Source of the DNA: an uncultured Verrucomicrobiota bacterium | GTDB lineage: Bacteria; Auribacterota; JABMQX01 | Reading direction: 5' to 3' | DNA: 64,000 nucleotides | Assembly (NCBI GenBank): GCA_964640185.1 | Contig: CAZXGF010000010.1 | Coordinates: 64,162 to 128,161, forward strand | Part shown: positions 1 to 7,925 of the stretch, piece by piece | Layout of the letters: each line of letters begins with the position of its first letter | Numbering within the stretch: position 1 is the stretch's first letter | Made by a program: the position numbers and the translations under genes | Notes under the pieces: generated by a model | Seen by the model: the letters and a program-made list of their open reading frames with translations, nothing else | What the model was told of the DNA's origin: nothing | Database searches by the model: none

Positions 1-37
1 TCCTTGTAACCGGCGAAATGGTGATTGTCTTTCCCAT
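1..37 (-). CDS. mvhA: [NiFe]-hydrogenase large subunit, N-terminal 12 codons only (MvhA-like); the gene continues beyond the window start
   Basis: The reverse complement of nt 1-60 reads AAGGAGGAAAGAC-ATG GGA AAG ACA ATC ACC ATT TCG CCG GTT ACA AGG (MGKTITISPVTR). It is preceded by a Shine-Dalgarno sequence and lies 11 nt downstream of the mvhG stop (TAA, rc of 49-51). The N-terminus parallels the second large subunit in this window (MSKRLTIDPITRLEGHG). Confidence 0.55.
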   Translation of the reverse strand, partial: MGKTITISPVTR

Positions 38-48
38 GTCTTTCCTCC

Positions 49-999
49 TTATCTTGCGGGCCTCTTTGGGAGCGGACGCAGCCGCTTCTGGGCGCCGACG
101 TACCGGTTCAACAAAGCCCTCCTGTCCACGACGTCTCTGACGTTCAGCCCGATGGATGAAATCGCCCCCATCATGTCCACCAGGGGATTGGCGCCTTTTC
201 GGATCGGCCCGAAGCAGCCCCGGCAGGGCATACCGCCCTGGACACACCTGGGGACTTTCACCCCGCCGTCAATCGTCCGAGCGCATCCCGAACGAGTTAC
301 CGGGCCCAAGCACAGAAAACCCTGCTCCATGAAACAGCGCGTGTTATCCCACGGTTCCCCCTGCTTGAATTCCATCGGCTCGAGGCTTCTTTTGATCTGT
401 CCGCCGGCTGCCTTTTTCTCCCTCTTCAGCGGGCAATCGTCGCAGACGCTCCTCTCGGGAAGCTCGAACGGTTTTCCCTCCAACAGGCAGGTGAGCGCCT
501 CGGCGACGAGGTCTGGGTTGGTGGGGCATCCGGGGATGTAGACATCAACGTTGACCACTTCATCCACGGCATACACGCGGTCAAGAAGCGGCGGCAGATT
601 CTCCGACGGCGTATCCGCGGAGTCGGTGGTCTTGGAGCCTCTGTAAACTTTGTCGTAAAGCTCTTCGAGCGTCCACATGTTTGCCATGGCGGGAATGCCA
701 CCGAAACACGCGCATGAACCCAGGGCTATGAGGGTCTTAGTTTTTTTCCTCATCTCCTCTGTGATGTGCTTTTCCTCCTCGTTTCGGACGCCTCCGCTGA
801 TGAGGCCGATGTCCGCTTCCGGAATCTCCAACTCGGTGCCATCGCCCGTCTGTCCGAAATACTTGTGGTCCATCAGGACAGGCATGTGCACGAACTCAAG
901 CTCCGGCAGAAGGTCGAGGAGCTTGTCCCCGATGTCGAGGATCGTCACCTCGCACCCTCCACAGATGTTGAGCCATTCTTCGGCGACTTTCACTGGCAT
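49..999 (-). CDS. mvhG: [NiFe]-hydrogenase small subunit, group 3c MvhG-like (F420-non-reducing type)
   Basis: 316-aa ORF. It has the N-terminal CGGCE and proximal/medial/distal FeS Cys ligands (GSCACFGG, GCP, Cys-rich C-terminus). It is about 40% identical by eye to the second copy at 25376-26368, and sits directly upstream of the large-subunit start. Confidence 0.85.
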   Translation of the reverse strand: MPVKVAEEWLNICGGCEVTILDIGDKLLDLLPELEFVHMPVLMDHKYFGQTGDGTELEIPEADIGLISGGVRNEEEKHITEEMRKKTKTLIALGSCACFGGIPAMANMWTLEELYDKVYRGSKTTDSADTPSENLPPLLDRVYAVDEVVNVDVYIPGCPTNPDLVAEALTCLLEGKPFELPERSVCDDCPLKREKKAAGGQIKRSLEPMEFKQGEPWDNTRCFMEQGFLCLGPVTRSGCARTIDGGVKVPRCVQGGMPCRGCFGPIRKGANPLVDMMGAISSIGLNVRDVVDRRALLNRYVGAQKRLRPLPKRPAR

Positions 1000-1114
1000 T
1001 CTGCACCTCCTCAGGTTGTATGAACGATTTGAGGACAGGATTCGGAAAGCGTGTTCTGTCCTGTTGTCGTGTCAGAATAAATGAACCCAGCAGCGATCGA
1101 AAACCTCCTCCTGC

Positions 1115-1324
1115 TCAAGGCGGCGCCTCTCCCTCCAGAACGATTTCCTTCACCACCCGCCTTGTGTAAAGCAGGTACTTGCCTTCCTGCTCGAAGAGTT
1201 GAACCTGGAAATCATTTTCTTCGTACTCACTCTTCTTTTTCTTCGCCTCCTCCTCTGTCTCATAGATGGCGCCGTCCCACATATATTTGTCCTTGTCCAC
1301 GTACTTGGCCAGCTCAGCTTCCAT
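1115..1324 (-). CDS. small acidic hypothetical protein (69 aa, Glu/Lys-rich) between mvhD and mvhG
   Basis: The ORF fills the mvhD-mvhG gap exactly with tight spacing. It has no recognisable domain and its coding status is uncertain. Confidence 0.35.
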   Translation of the reverse strand: MEAELAKYVDKDKYMWDGAIYETEEEAKKKKSEYEENDFQVQLFEQEGKYLLYTRRVVKEIVLEGEAPP

Positions 1325-1336
1325 AGATTCTCCCCC

Positions 1337-1753
1337 TTATGCCCGATAGGGACTCGGGCCTACCGATTTGATTTGCTCGACCATTTCCGTAGCCACCTGG
1401 GCGAACCTTGGTCCCTCCGAGGCGGAGACCCATTCCAGCCTGAACCTCTCCGGCTCCAGCCCGAAATCTTCGAGCATTAGTTCGATGGCTTCCGCTCTCT
1501 TTTCCGCCTTGAGGTTGCCGTCAATGTAGTGGCAGTCTCCCGGATGGCAGCCGAGGACCAGAACGCCATCCGTGCCTTTGGTCAAGGCATTGATAATCAG
1601 GTTGGGGTGAACCATCCCCGAACACATCACCCTGATAATCCGAATGTTCGGCGGATACTGAAGCCTCGATGTCCCCGCCAGGTCCGCCCCAGCGTACGAA
1701 CACCAGTTACAGCAGAAAGCGATAATGATCGGTTCAAACTCGTCGTTTGCCAT
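1337..1753 (-). CDS. mvhD: methyl-viologen-reducing hydrogenase delta subunit (MvhD, [2Fe-2S])
   Basis: 138 aa with the conserved MvhD Cys pattern (FCCNWCSY...MCSG...GCHPGDCHY). It is about 50% identical to the second copy at 22433-22852. Confidence 0.85.
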   Translation of the reverse strand: MANDEFEPIIIAFCCNWCSYAGADLAGTSRLQYPPNIRIIRVMCSGMVHPNLIINALTKGTDGVLVLGCHPGDCHYIDGNLKAEKRAEAIELMLEDFGLEPERFRLEWVSASEGPRFAQVATEMVEQIKSVGPSPYRA

Positions 1754-1760
1754 AATCGGC

Positions 1761-4700
1761 TCACTCCATCAGCGCCGCCTCGGCCATGGCCCCGATTTGC
1801 TCCAGCTTGAAGTTCCGGACGAAGATGCCCTCCTTGGGGCATGTGGCCTGGCAGACTCCACATCCCTTACATGCCGAAGCATCTCGCTCGACCGTCTTCT
1901 TTATCGCGCCGTCGCGCATGTACTCGATCAGTGTCAGGGCATTGTAAGGGCATGGGTCAATGCAATATGCGCAGCCGTCGCAATTGGCGTCAACGACCTC
2001 GGATATGGTGCCCTCCAGCTCGATTTCATCTTTGGACAGGATGGTTGCTGCCCGGGCCGCAGCACCCTCGGCCTGGCAGATGCTCTCGCTCAGCTCCTTC
2101 GGCGAATGAGCGAGCCCGCACAGGAAAATCCCGTCAGTAGCGAAATCGAGCGGCCTCAGCTTCATGTGCGCCTCGAGGAAAAACTTGTCTCTATTCAGGG
2201 GCAACTTCAATATTTTTGCGATCTCTTCGGCGTCCTCCCGTGGAACGATTGCCGGCGCCAGAATCAGCAGGTCCGCGGCGAGCTCCAGATTGGCGTTCAG
2301 GATAGGGTCGAATACGCGAACGGTCAACCTGTCTTCGTCCCTGGAAACCTCCACGCCGGGGGCGTGGTCATCGGGGTGACGTATGAACTTGACGCCCGCT
2401 TCTCTCGCCTGGGTGTAATACATCTCTCGGAAGCCGTAAGTTCTCATGTCTCTGTGTAGGACGTAAACGTTGGCGGTCGGACGCTGCCGTTTCAGTTCCA
2501 GAGCGTTCTTGACCGCCTGCTGACAGCAGATTCGGCTGCAATAAGGGCGTTCTTCGTCCCGCGACCCCACACACTGAATCATCACGACCGTCCCCGCGTC
2601 CACTTCCCCGGAGGAGAGCTTCTCCTCCAGCTCCAACTGCGTGAGCACCCGGGGGTCCTCGCCGTGGAAATAGCCCGTTTCCGGCAGAGGACGCGCGCCA
2701 ATGGCGACGATAATAATTCCATGCTCCACTTGCTTTTCTTCGCCGTCTTGCTGAAAAGTCGTGGTGAAGCTGCCCACGGAACCTTCTATGGCGGTTATGT
2801 GTGATGACGTGAAGGAGTTGATGAGAGGGTGATTCGTTACTCTCTCGACCAGGTCAGCGAGGATTTGCCGGGGGTCTTCCCCTTCCGGCAGGTAGCGGAC
2901 TCTCCGGAAGTTTCCCCCGAGCTCCTCATCTTTTTCCAGTAGATGCACGTCGAATCCCTGCTCCGCGAGATTAAGCGCTGCGGTCATGCCGCTGATACCG
3001 CCGCCGATGACCAGAGCCGCCTGGTTGACCAGCACGGTAAGTTTCTGCAGCGGCTCGATGAGGGCGGCCTTCGCTACGGCCATTCTTACTAGCGCTTTTG
3101 CTTTCTTGGTGGCTTTCTCCGGCTCGTGCCTGTGCACCCAGGAGCACTGGTCGCGGATGTTGGCCATCTCGAAGAGGTATTCGTTCAGTCCAGCCTCGCG
3201 GATTGTGTTGCGGAACAAGGGCTCGTGCGTGCGAGGTGTGCAGGAGGCCACAAGGACGCGATTGAGGTGGTGTTCCTTGATCATCTCCTTGATTCTCTGC
3301 TGCGTATCGTTGGAGCAGGTATACAGGTTGTCCTCGGCGTGGACAACGTTCGGCAGTCCCTTTGCATACTCGACGACGCTCGGCACGTCAACCACGGCCG
3401 CAATGTTCGTCCCGCAATGGCACACGAAAATGCCGATGCGTGGTTCCTGGCCGCTGACGTCAATTTCCGGAGGGTACTCCTTTTTCACGATTAAGGAGCC
3501 CCTCGCCTCAGAGAGCAGGGCCATGGCGTGCGCCGCGGCGCCGCTGGCCTGGGCGACGGTTTCGGGAATGTCCTTCGGCTCCGTGAAGGGACCGGACACG
3601 AAAATGCCTTCACTGTCAACGCTTGTCGGGCAAGAGCGCGCCGTTTTGCAGAATCCGAACTCGTTCAACTCCAGCCCGAACTTCTTCGCAAGTTCCTCAG
3701 CCCCCTTGGGCGGCTTGACGCCGGTTGAGAGAACAACCATGTCGTATTCCTCGAGATGCGTCTTGCCTTCCTCGGTTACGTAGCGCACCTCGATGTTCTT
3801 CGTATCGGAAATCTCCCTCAGGGCTGACGGTCGGCACTTGATATACCTCACGCCCGCCTCCTGAGCCCGAGCGTAATAATCGTCGTAACCTTTCCCGAAA
3901 GCTCTTAGGTCAATATAGTAGATATCGCACGCCAGTCCGGGAGAATGCTCCATGGCGATGATCGCCTCCTTGGTGGCGTACATGCAGCAGATAGAAGAGC
4001 AGAAAGAGCATCCCTCATCAGCCTGCCGCGAACCGAAGCACTGTAGGAAGGCGACCCTCTTTGGCGGCTTGTGATCCGATGGACGAAGCATCTCGCCCAG
4101 ATAAGGCCCCGTCGCGCTCAGGAGGCGCTCGAACTCGAGGGCCGTAAGCACATTGGGGGAATAGGAGTAGCCGTATTCGGGCTTGAGGTCGGGATCGAAT
4201 CGTTCGTACCCTGGCGAGAGAATGACCGCTCCGACATCCACCTTCTCTTCCGTTTCCTTCTGTTCGTAGTTAATGGCACCGGCTTCACAGGACTCTTTGC
4301 ATATCTGACATACCTCTCCGCCTCGGAGCATGTGGGCGCAGTGTTCCCTATCAATCAGCGCGCGGTTCGGGACAGCCTGAGGATAGGGAATGTAAATGGC
4401 GGGCCGGGCGATCAACTCCTCGTTGTATTCGTCGAGAATGGGCCTGGGCTCTCTGGTGGCCACCTCCGAGAGGTTAATTCTCCCCGTAGGACAAATGAAG
4501 GCGCACGCTCCGCAGACCTGGCAGACATCCGTGGGCGCCCCGAAGGGAGGTTTGACCTCTCGTTTGGAGCCGCGGTTCACGAAGCTTACAGCAGCCGCGC
4601 CCATTCTCTCCTCACACATTCGCACGCAGCGGCCGCAAAGCATACAGTCCTCGTCCTTCTTCTTGAACCTCGTCTCTTTGACGCCGCATTCTTCGGCCAG

Positions 4701-5027
4701 CTTTTGTATTTCCTCGGCATCCGGGCATCTCGCGAGGAGAAGTTCAATCATTATTTTTCGCGCCCTGAGGACCCTGTCGGTATCGGTGCTGACGACCATG
4801 CCGTCTTTGGCAGGGTACGTGCACGATGCGCGGACTGCCGAACGATTCCCCTCTGAAATCTCCACCAGGCAGACCCTGCACGAGCCGTACGGCTTCAAAG
4901 CCTTGTGGTAGCAAAGAGTGGGTATTTTGATGCCAGCCTTTTGAGCAGCCTCGAGGATGGTGTTTCCCTCTTCCACTTCAATTTGTTGTCCGTCAATAGT
5001 CAGGCTTATCACGCCAATACCTTTCAA
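1761..5027 (-). CDS. hdrA: giant HdrA-like flavoprotein (1088 aa): N-terminal NuoG/FdhA-type 2Fe-2S plus 4Fe-4S domains, a partial HdrA-like unit, then a complete HdrA unit
   Basis: N-term CYHKALKPYGSCRVC (2Fe-2S) and several CxxCxxCxxxCP motifs. One HdrA core lacks its N-terminus (FLQCFGSRQADEGCSFCSSICCMYA...IYYIDLRAFGKGYDDY). A full HdrA follows: IGIFVCHCGTNIAAVVD, FAD motif VIGGGISGMTAALNLAEQG, VGSRDEERPYCSRICCQQA, and a C-terminal ferredoxin domain. Confidence 0.8.
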   Translation of the reverse strand: MKGIGVISLTIDGQQIEVEEGNTILEAAQKAGIKIPTLCYHKALKPYGSCRVCLVEISEGNRSAVRASCTYPAKDGMVVSTDTDRVLRARKIMIELLLARCPDAEEIQKLAEECGVKETRFKKKDEDCMLCGRCVRMCEERMGAAAVSFVNRGSKREVKPPFGAPTDVCQVCGACAFICPTGRINLSEVATREPRPILDEYNEELIARPAIYIPYPQAVPNRALIDREHCAHMLRGGEVCQICKESCEAGAINYEQKETEEKVDVGAVILSPGYERFDPDLKPEYGYSYSPNVLTALEFERLLSATGPYLGEMLRPSDHKPPKRVAFLQCFGSRQADEGCSFCSSICCMYATKEAIIAMEHSPGLACDIYYIDLRAFGKGYDDYYARAQEAGVRYIKCRPSALREISDTKNIEVRYVTEEGKTHLEEYDMVVLSTGVKPPKGAEELAKKFGLELNEFGFCKTARSCPTSVDSEGIFVSGPFTEPKDIPETVAQASGAAAHAMALLSEARGSLIVKKEYPPEIDVSGQEPRIGIFVCHCGTNIAAVVDVPSVVEYAKGLPNVVHAEDNLYTCSNDTQQRIKEMIKEHHLNRVLVASCTPRTHEPLFRNTIREAGLNEYLFEMANIRDQCSWVHRHEPEKATKKAKALVRMAVAKAALIEPLQKLTVLVNQAALVIGGGISGMTAALNLAEQGFDVHLLEKDEELGGNFRRVRYLPEGEDPRQILADLVERVTNHPLINSFTSSHITAIEGSVGSFTTTFQQDGEEKQVEHGIIIVAIGARPLPETGYFHGEDPRVLTQLELEEKLSSGEVDAGTVVMIQCVGSRDEERPYCSRICCQQAVKNALELKRQRPTANVYVLHRDMRTYGFREMYYTQAREAGVKFIRHPDDHAPGVEVSRDEDRLTVRVFDPILNANLELAADLLILAPAIVPREDAEEIAKILKLPLNRDKFFLEAHMKLRPLDFATDGIFLCGLAHSPKELSESICQAEGAAARAATILSKDEIELEGTISEVVDANCDGCAYCIDPCPYNALTLIEYMRDGAIKKTVERDASACKGCGVCQATCPKEGIFVRNFKLEQIGAMAEAALME

Positions 5028-5039
5028 CCTTGGACCTTC

Positions 5040-5615
5040 TTACTCCATCTCTTTACTCAAAGCGCCCCCGCCTTCAATTTCAGCCGTGTCCAGTAGATAT
5101 CTTTTTTCTCCCCTGCGGTACGCATACGTGAAGCGAATTCCGGGGTGGCCCGCAATTAGTGCCTCCAGCGTCTGGGCCATGTCCCCCAGCGGCTTGATGT
5201 CTATATGATTTGTCTTGAATGTAGCCCTCACTACCGTCCCCCGCCGGGCCTCGGACGTAATCTCGAAATCTCCTTCGCACTCTTTAGCCGCCTGGGAGAG
5301 AAGCGATAAACCGAGGCCCACTTTTCCTCCTTCTCTCGTGGTAAAGAAGGGGCCGGTGGCCTTCCTCACAGTCTGCTCATCCATCCCTTTTCCGTCATCT
5401 TCGATTTCGATAGTTAAAAGTTTCCTTTTCTCGTCATCCGTGACTCGAATGTCCACCTTGCTCGCCCCTGCGGCCACTGCATTTTCGGCTATGTCCAAAA
5501 CGTGCAAAGAAAGGTCTTCCACTATTCCTCGAAGAAAACTCCTCTTCCTTCTCGGCCCAGGAGGGCTTTTTTTATTTCCTGCGACTCCATTGCTTCGGCA
5601 AGAAAGCCGGTCCAC
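5040..5615 (-). CDS. GHKL-type ATPase domain protein (anti-sigma-factor/Ser-kinase-like)
   Basis: HATPase_c-like motifs (LHVLDIAENAV, IEIEDDGKGMD, GLGLSL). The annotated GTG start overlaps the PHP gene by about 90 nt, so the true start may be a downstream GTG. Confidence 0.6.
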   Translation of the reverse strand: MDRLSCRSNGVAGNKKSPPGPRRKRSFLRGIVEDLSLHVLDIAENAVAAGASKVDIRVTDDEKRKLLTIEIEDDGKGMDEQTVRKATGPFFTTREGGKVGLGLSLLSQAAKECEGDFEITSEARRGTVVRATFKTNHIDIKPLGDMAQTLEALIAGHPGIRFTYAYRRGEKRYLLDTAEIEGGGALSKEME

Positions 5616-6265
5616 CGCTTCCCAATATCTTCGGGGTAGTGAGCGTCCGAGAAAGTCACAAGGGGAAAAGCCTGCACCGCCGGGAATGCGGACCTGGCCT
5701 CGGCGAGTGTGCTCCTCGGAGAGACCTCCAGAGCGTCCAGCTCCAGACCTTCGGGGATGAACCCTAACTGCCCTATAATGCCGAAACTCTCGCGATCCAC
5801 ATGCGACGCGATGGCAATCCCGGAAAGCGAGTGAATCTCCTGGACAATGCTGTCGAGGGGCAAAGTAGTTGCACCTACCAAAAGTCTCTCGTTTATCTCC
5901 ACGACCTCATCGTTCTCGTTGACAACCACTTGCTCGCCGAAGGCCCTTTCATCATTCACGCCGGGGAGACTGTCATACACTCTTTCTTGCAGCTTCAATA
6001 GCTTTTCCTCCCGATCAAACAGCGCCAGCACATGTACCTCCTCTTCGGACGTTATTTCCATTCCTCCCAGCACTGCTATTCTGGTTTTTTCGGCGGCTTT
6101 CCTCACTGCCGCCGCGTTTTCCGCCGAGTTGTGGTCACATATCGCGATGACGTCCAACCCCCTTTTCTGGGCTTCTTCGATGATAACTCCGGGGACCATG
6201 GCCAAGCTTCCACACGGCGAAAGGCACGTGTGAATGTGCAAGTCCGCCCGGAACCCTCTCAGCAT
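5522..6265 (-). CDS. PHP (polymerase and histidinol phosphatase) domain protein
   Basis: N-terminal ADLHIHTCLSPCG and later CDHNS and DAHYPEDIG metal-binding His/Asp motifs typical of the PHP family. Confidence 0.75.
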   Translation of the reverse strand: MLRGFRADLHIHTCLSPCGSLAMVPGVIIEEAQKRGLDVIAICDHNSAENAAAVRKAAEKTRIAVLGGMEITSEEEVHVLALFDREEKLLKLQERVYDSLPGVNDERAFGEQVVVNENDEVVEINERLLVGATTLPLDSIVQEIHSLSGIAIASHVDRESFGIIGQLGFIPEGLELDALEVSPRSTLAEARSAFPAVQAFPLVTFSDAHYPEDIGKRWTGFLAEAMESQEIKKALLGREGRGVFFEE

Positions 6266-6609
6266 GAGGCCGTTCCGCGAAGTCCAAGCTGATACAGCCG
6301 GCCCACAACCTCGAAGGTTGGCAGGCTCGTCACCAGAATCGGTACTCCCTCTTTTTCAGCCCTGCTCAGGGTTTCTGAATCCGGCTCTCTTCCGTTGACG
6401 ATAACTACTCCCGCGAGCTCTTTGACAACCGCAACAGCTACGATATTCTGATGAAGTTGAACCGTCACCCAGAGACAGTCCTTACCCGCATGGGCCATCA
6501 CGTCGCTCAACAGGTCGCTGGCGTAACCGCCGCTCACCTCCCGGGAGAGGTTCCCGGCCGCCGATCTCACCTCCATTTTCAGCTCGCGGACTGCCTCCTC
6601 TAATTTCAT
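6259..6609 (-). CDS. DRTGG domain protein
   Basis: 116 aa with a DRTGG-like core (GGYASDLLSDVMAHAGKDCLWVTVQ...VVIVNGR...GVPILVTSLPTFEVVGRL). Confidence 0.65.
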   Translation of the reverse strand: MKLEEAVRELKMEVRSAAGNLSREVSGGYASDLLSDVMAHAGKDCLWVTVQLHQNIVAVAVVKELAGVVIVNGREPDSETLSRAEKEGVPILVTSLPTFEVVGRLYQLGLRGTASC

Positions 6610-6621
6610 CTGCGCCCTTTC

Positions 6622-7539
6622 CTAATCCGGGAAATGGAATGTGGCCTGCAGGTCTGTCCCTTTCCCGACCTTCGATTTCAATACCATCTCGTCCGCACTT
6701 TTCTGAATGTTGCAAAGTCCCATCCCTGCGCCGAAGCCCAGTTCCCGCACCCATTCCGGCGCCGTGGAAAAGCCCGGCTGCATCGCTTGTTCTATGTCCT
6801 CAATCCCGGGGCCCTTGTCTTTCGCCTGAATCTGGATGTATTCCGGGTAAATGTGGGAGACCATTTCCCCCTTTTCTGCGAACACCACGATGTTCATCTC
6901 TGCTTCGTACGTCGCAATGGCAACTCTGCGGACCACCTGCGGGGCAAACCCGAGCCGAGTGAGCGTTTTCTTCAGCGTACTCGCAGAAATCCCTGCCCGG
7001 TCGAAATCTCCTCCCAGCACGTTGTATCGCAGGGTTATGACTGTTTTATCAGCGAGGATGTCCTCGAAAATGTGGCTGGCCCGGTAGCGATGAATCTCTT
7101 CCTCCCGGTAGTCAATCTCTAATTTGTTCAACAGTCCTCTGATGATGTCCCCTTTGCTCAAAATGCCAGCCAACTGTCCGGTCTTGCGGTCAACCACCGG
7201 GAATCGCCCAAAGCCGTAGCGCTCGAATTTATTGATGGCATGAACCACCGGCTCGTCGGCATAGAGAACCTCCAGCTTCCTGGTCATCTTCTTTTCCACC
7301 GAGCAATCCATCTCCCCGCCAGCCAGGCACTTAATGAAATCTTCAATGCTGATAATTCCCACCAAGTTCTCGCCATCAACAACGGGAGTTCCGGAAATCT
7401 TGTTCACACGGAAGAGTTCTCTCAGCTCACCGACAGGGCAATCAGGCCGGGCTGTTATCACTTCCCTGGTCATCACTTCTCCCACTTTCAGCTCGTATGT
7501 CAGCTCCTGAACCCTGCCGATTCCCCGGTCCTTGCCCAT
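6622..7539 (-). CDS. CBS-pair + GHKL ATPase regulatory protein
   Basis: Two CBS-like segments (VITARPDCPV...GTPVVD and ...GRFPVVD...GILSKGDII) followed by a histidine-kinase-like ATPase domain (GPGIEDIEQA, GFGAGMGL). Confidence 0.7.
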   Translation of the reverse strand: MGKDRGIGRVQELTYELKVGEVMTREVITARPDCPVGELRELFRVNKISGTPVVDGENLVGIISIEDFIKCLAGGEMDCSVEKKMTRKLEVLYADEPVVHAINKFERYGFGRFPVVDRKTGQLAGILSKGDIIRGLLNKLEIDYREEEIHRYRASHIFEDILADKTVITLRYNVLGGDFDRAGISASTLKKTLTRLGFAPQVVRRVAIATYEAEMNIVVFAEKGEMVSHIYPEYIQIQAKDKGPGIEDIEQAMQPGFSTAPEWVRELGFGAGMGLCNIQKSADEMVLKSKVGKGTDLQATFHFPD

Positions 7540-7561
7540 TTCCGCCTCTTCATCAGGAACA

Positions 7562-7915
7562 TCAGTTCACTTCGGAACATCCCGGCAAACCGTTTTTGTA
7601 AAGCCGCCCGCACGTCTCGAACATGGGCAACTGGGTCAACAACAGAGGTATGCCCTTGTTCTCTGCCAACCGCACAGTCTCCTCACCGGGTCTTTTTCCT
7701 CGAACAAAGCAGATAGCTTTGATATCAACCATCTCAGCCGTGCGAATAACCTGGGGATTGGTTAGTCCCGTTATGAGGAGCGCCCCTTGCTTGACGAAGG
7801 CGAGCACGTCGCTCATCAGGTCCGCCCCGCAAGCCATGCCGACCTCTGTATCCAAACCATTGCCGCCGGAGATGACCTCCGCGTCCAGAATTCGCTCCAC
7901 TTCGTCGAGTTTCAT
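7562..7915 (-). CDS. DRTGG domain protein (second copy)
   Basis: The ORF track gives 7562..8089. I trimmed the start to the internal Met (MKLDEVERIL) because the upstream part overlaps the end of the NuoF-like gene. DRTGG-like core: GADLMSDVLAFVKQGALLITGLTNPQVIRTAEMVDI...GIPLLLTQLPMFETCGRL. Confidence 0.6.
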   Translation of the reverse strand: MKLDEVERILDAEVISGGNGLDTEVGMACGADLMSDVLAFVKQGALLITGLTNPQVIRTAEMVDIKAICFVRGKRPGEETVRLAENKGIPLLLTQLPMFETCGRLYKNGLPGCSEVN

Positions 7916-7925
7916 GAAAGACTCC

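Noticed and set aside
1725-4911. Several plus-strand ORFs (244, 265, 261, 171 aa) inside the giant hdrA region
   Set aside because: They lie on the opposite strand to a gene with clear HdrA and ferredoxin motifs, so I considered them non-coding shadow ORFs.
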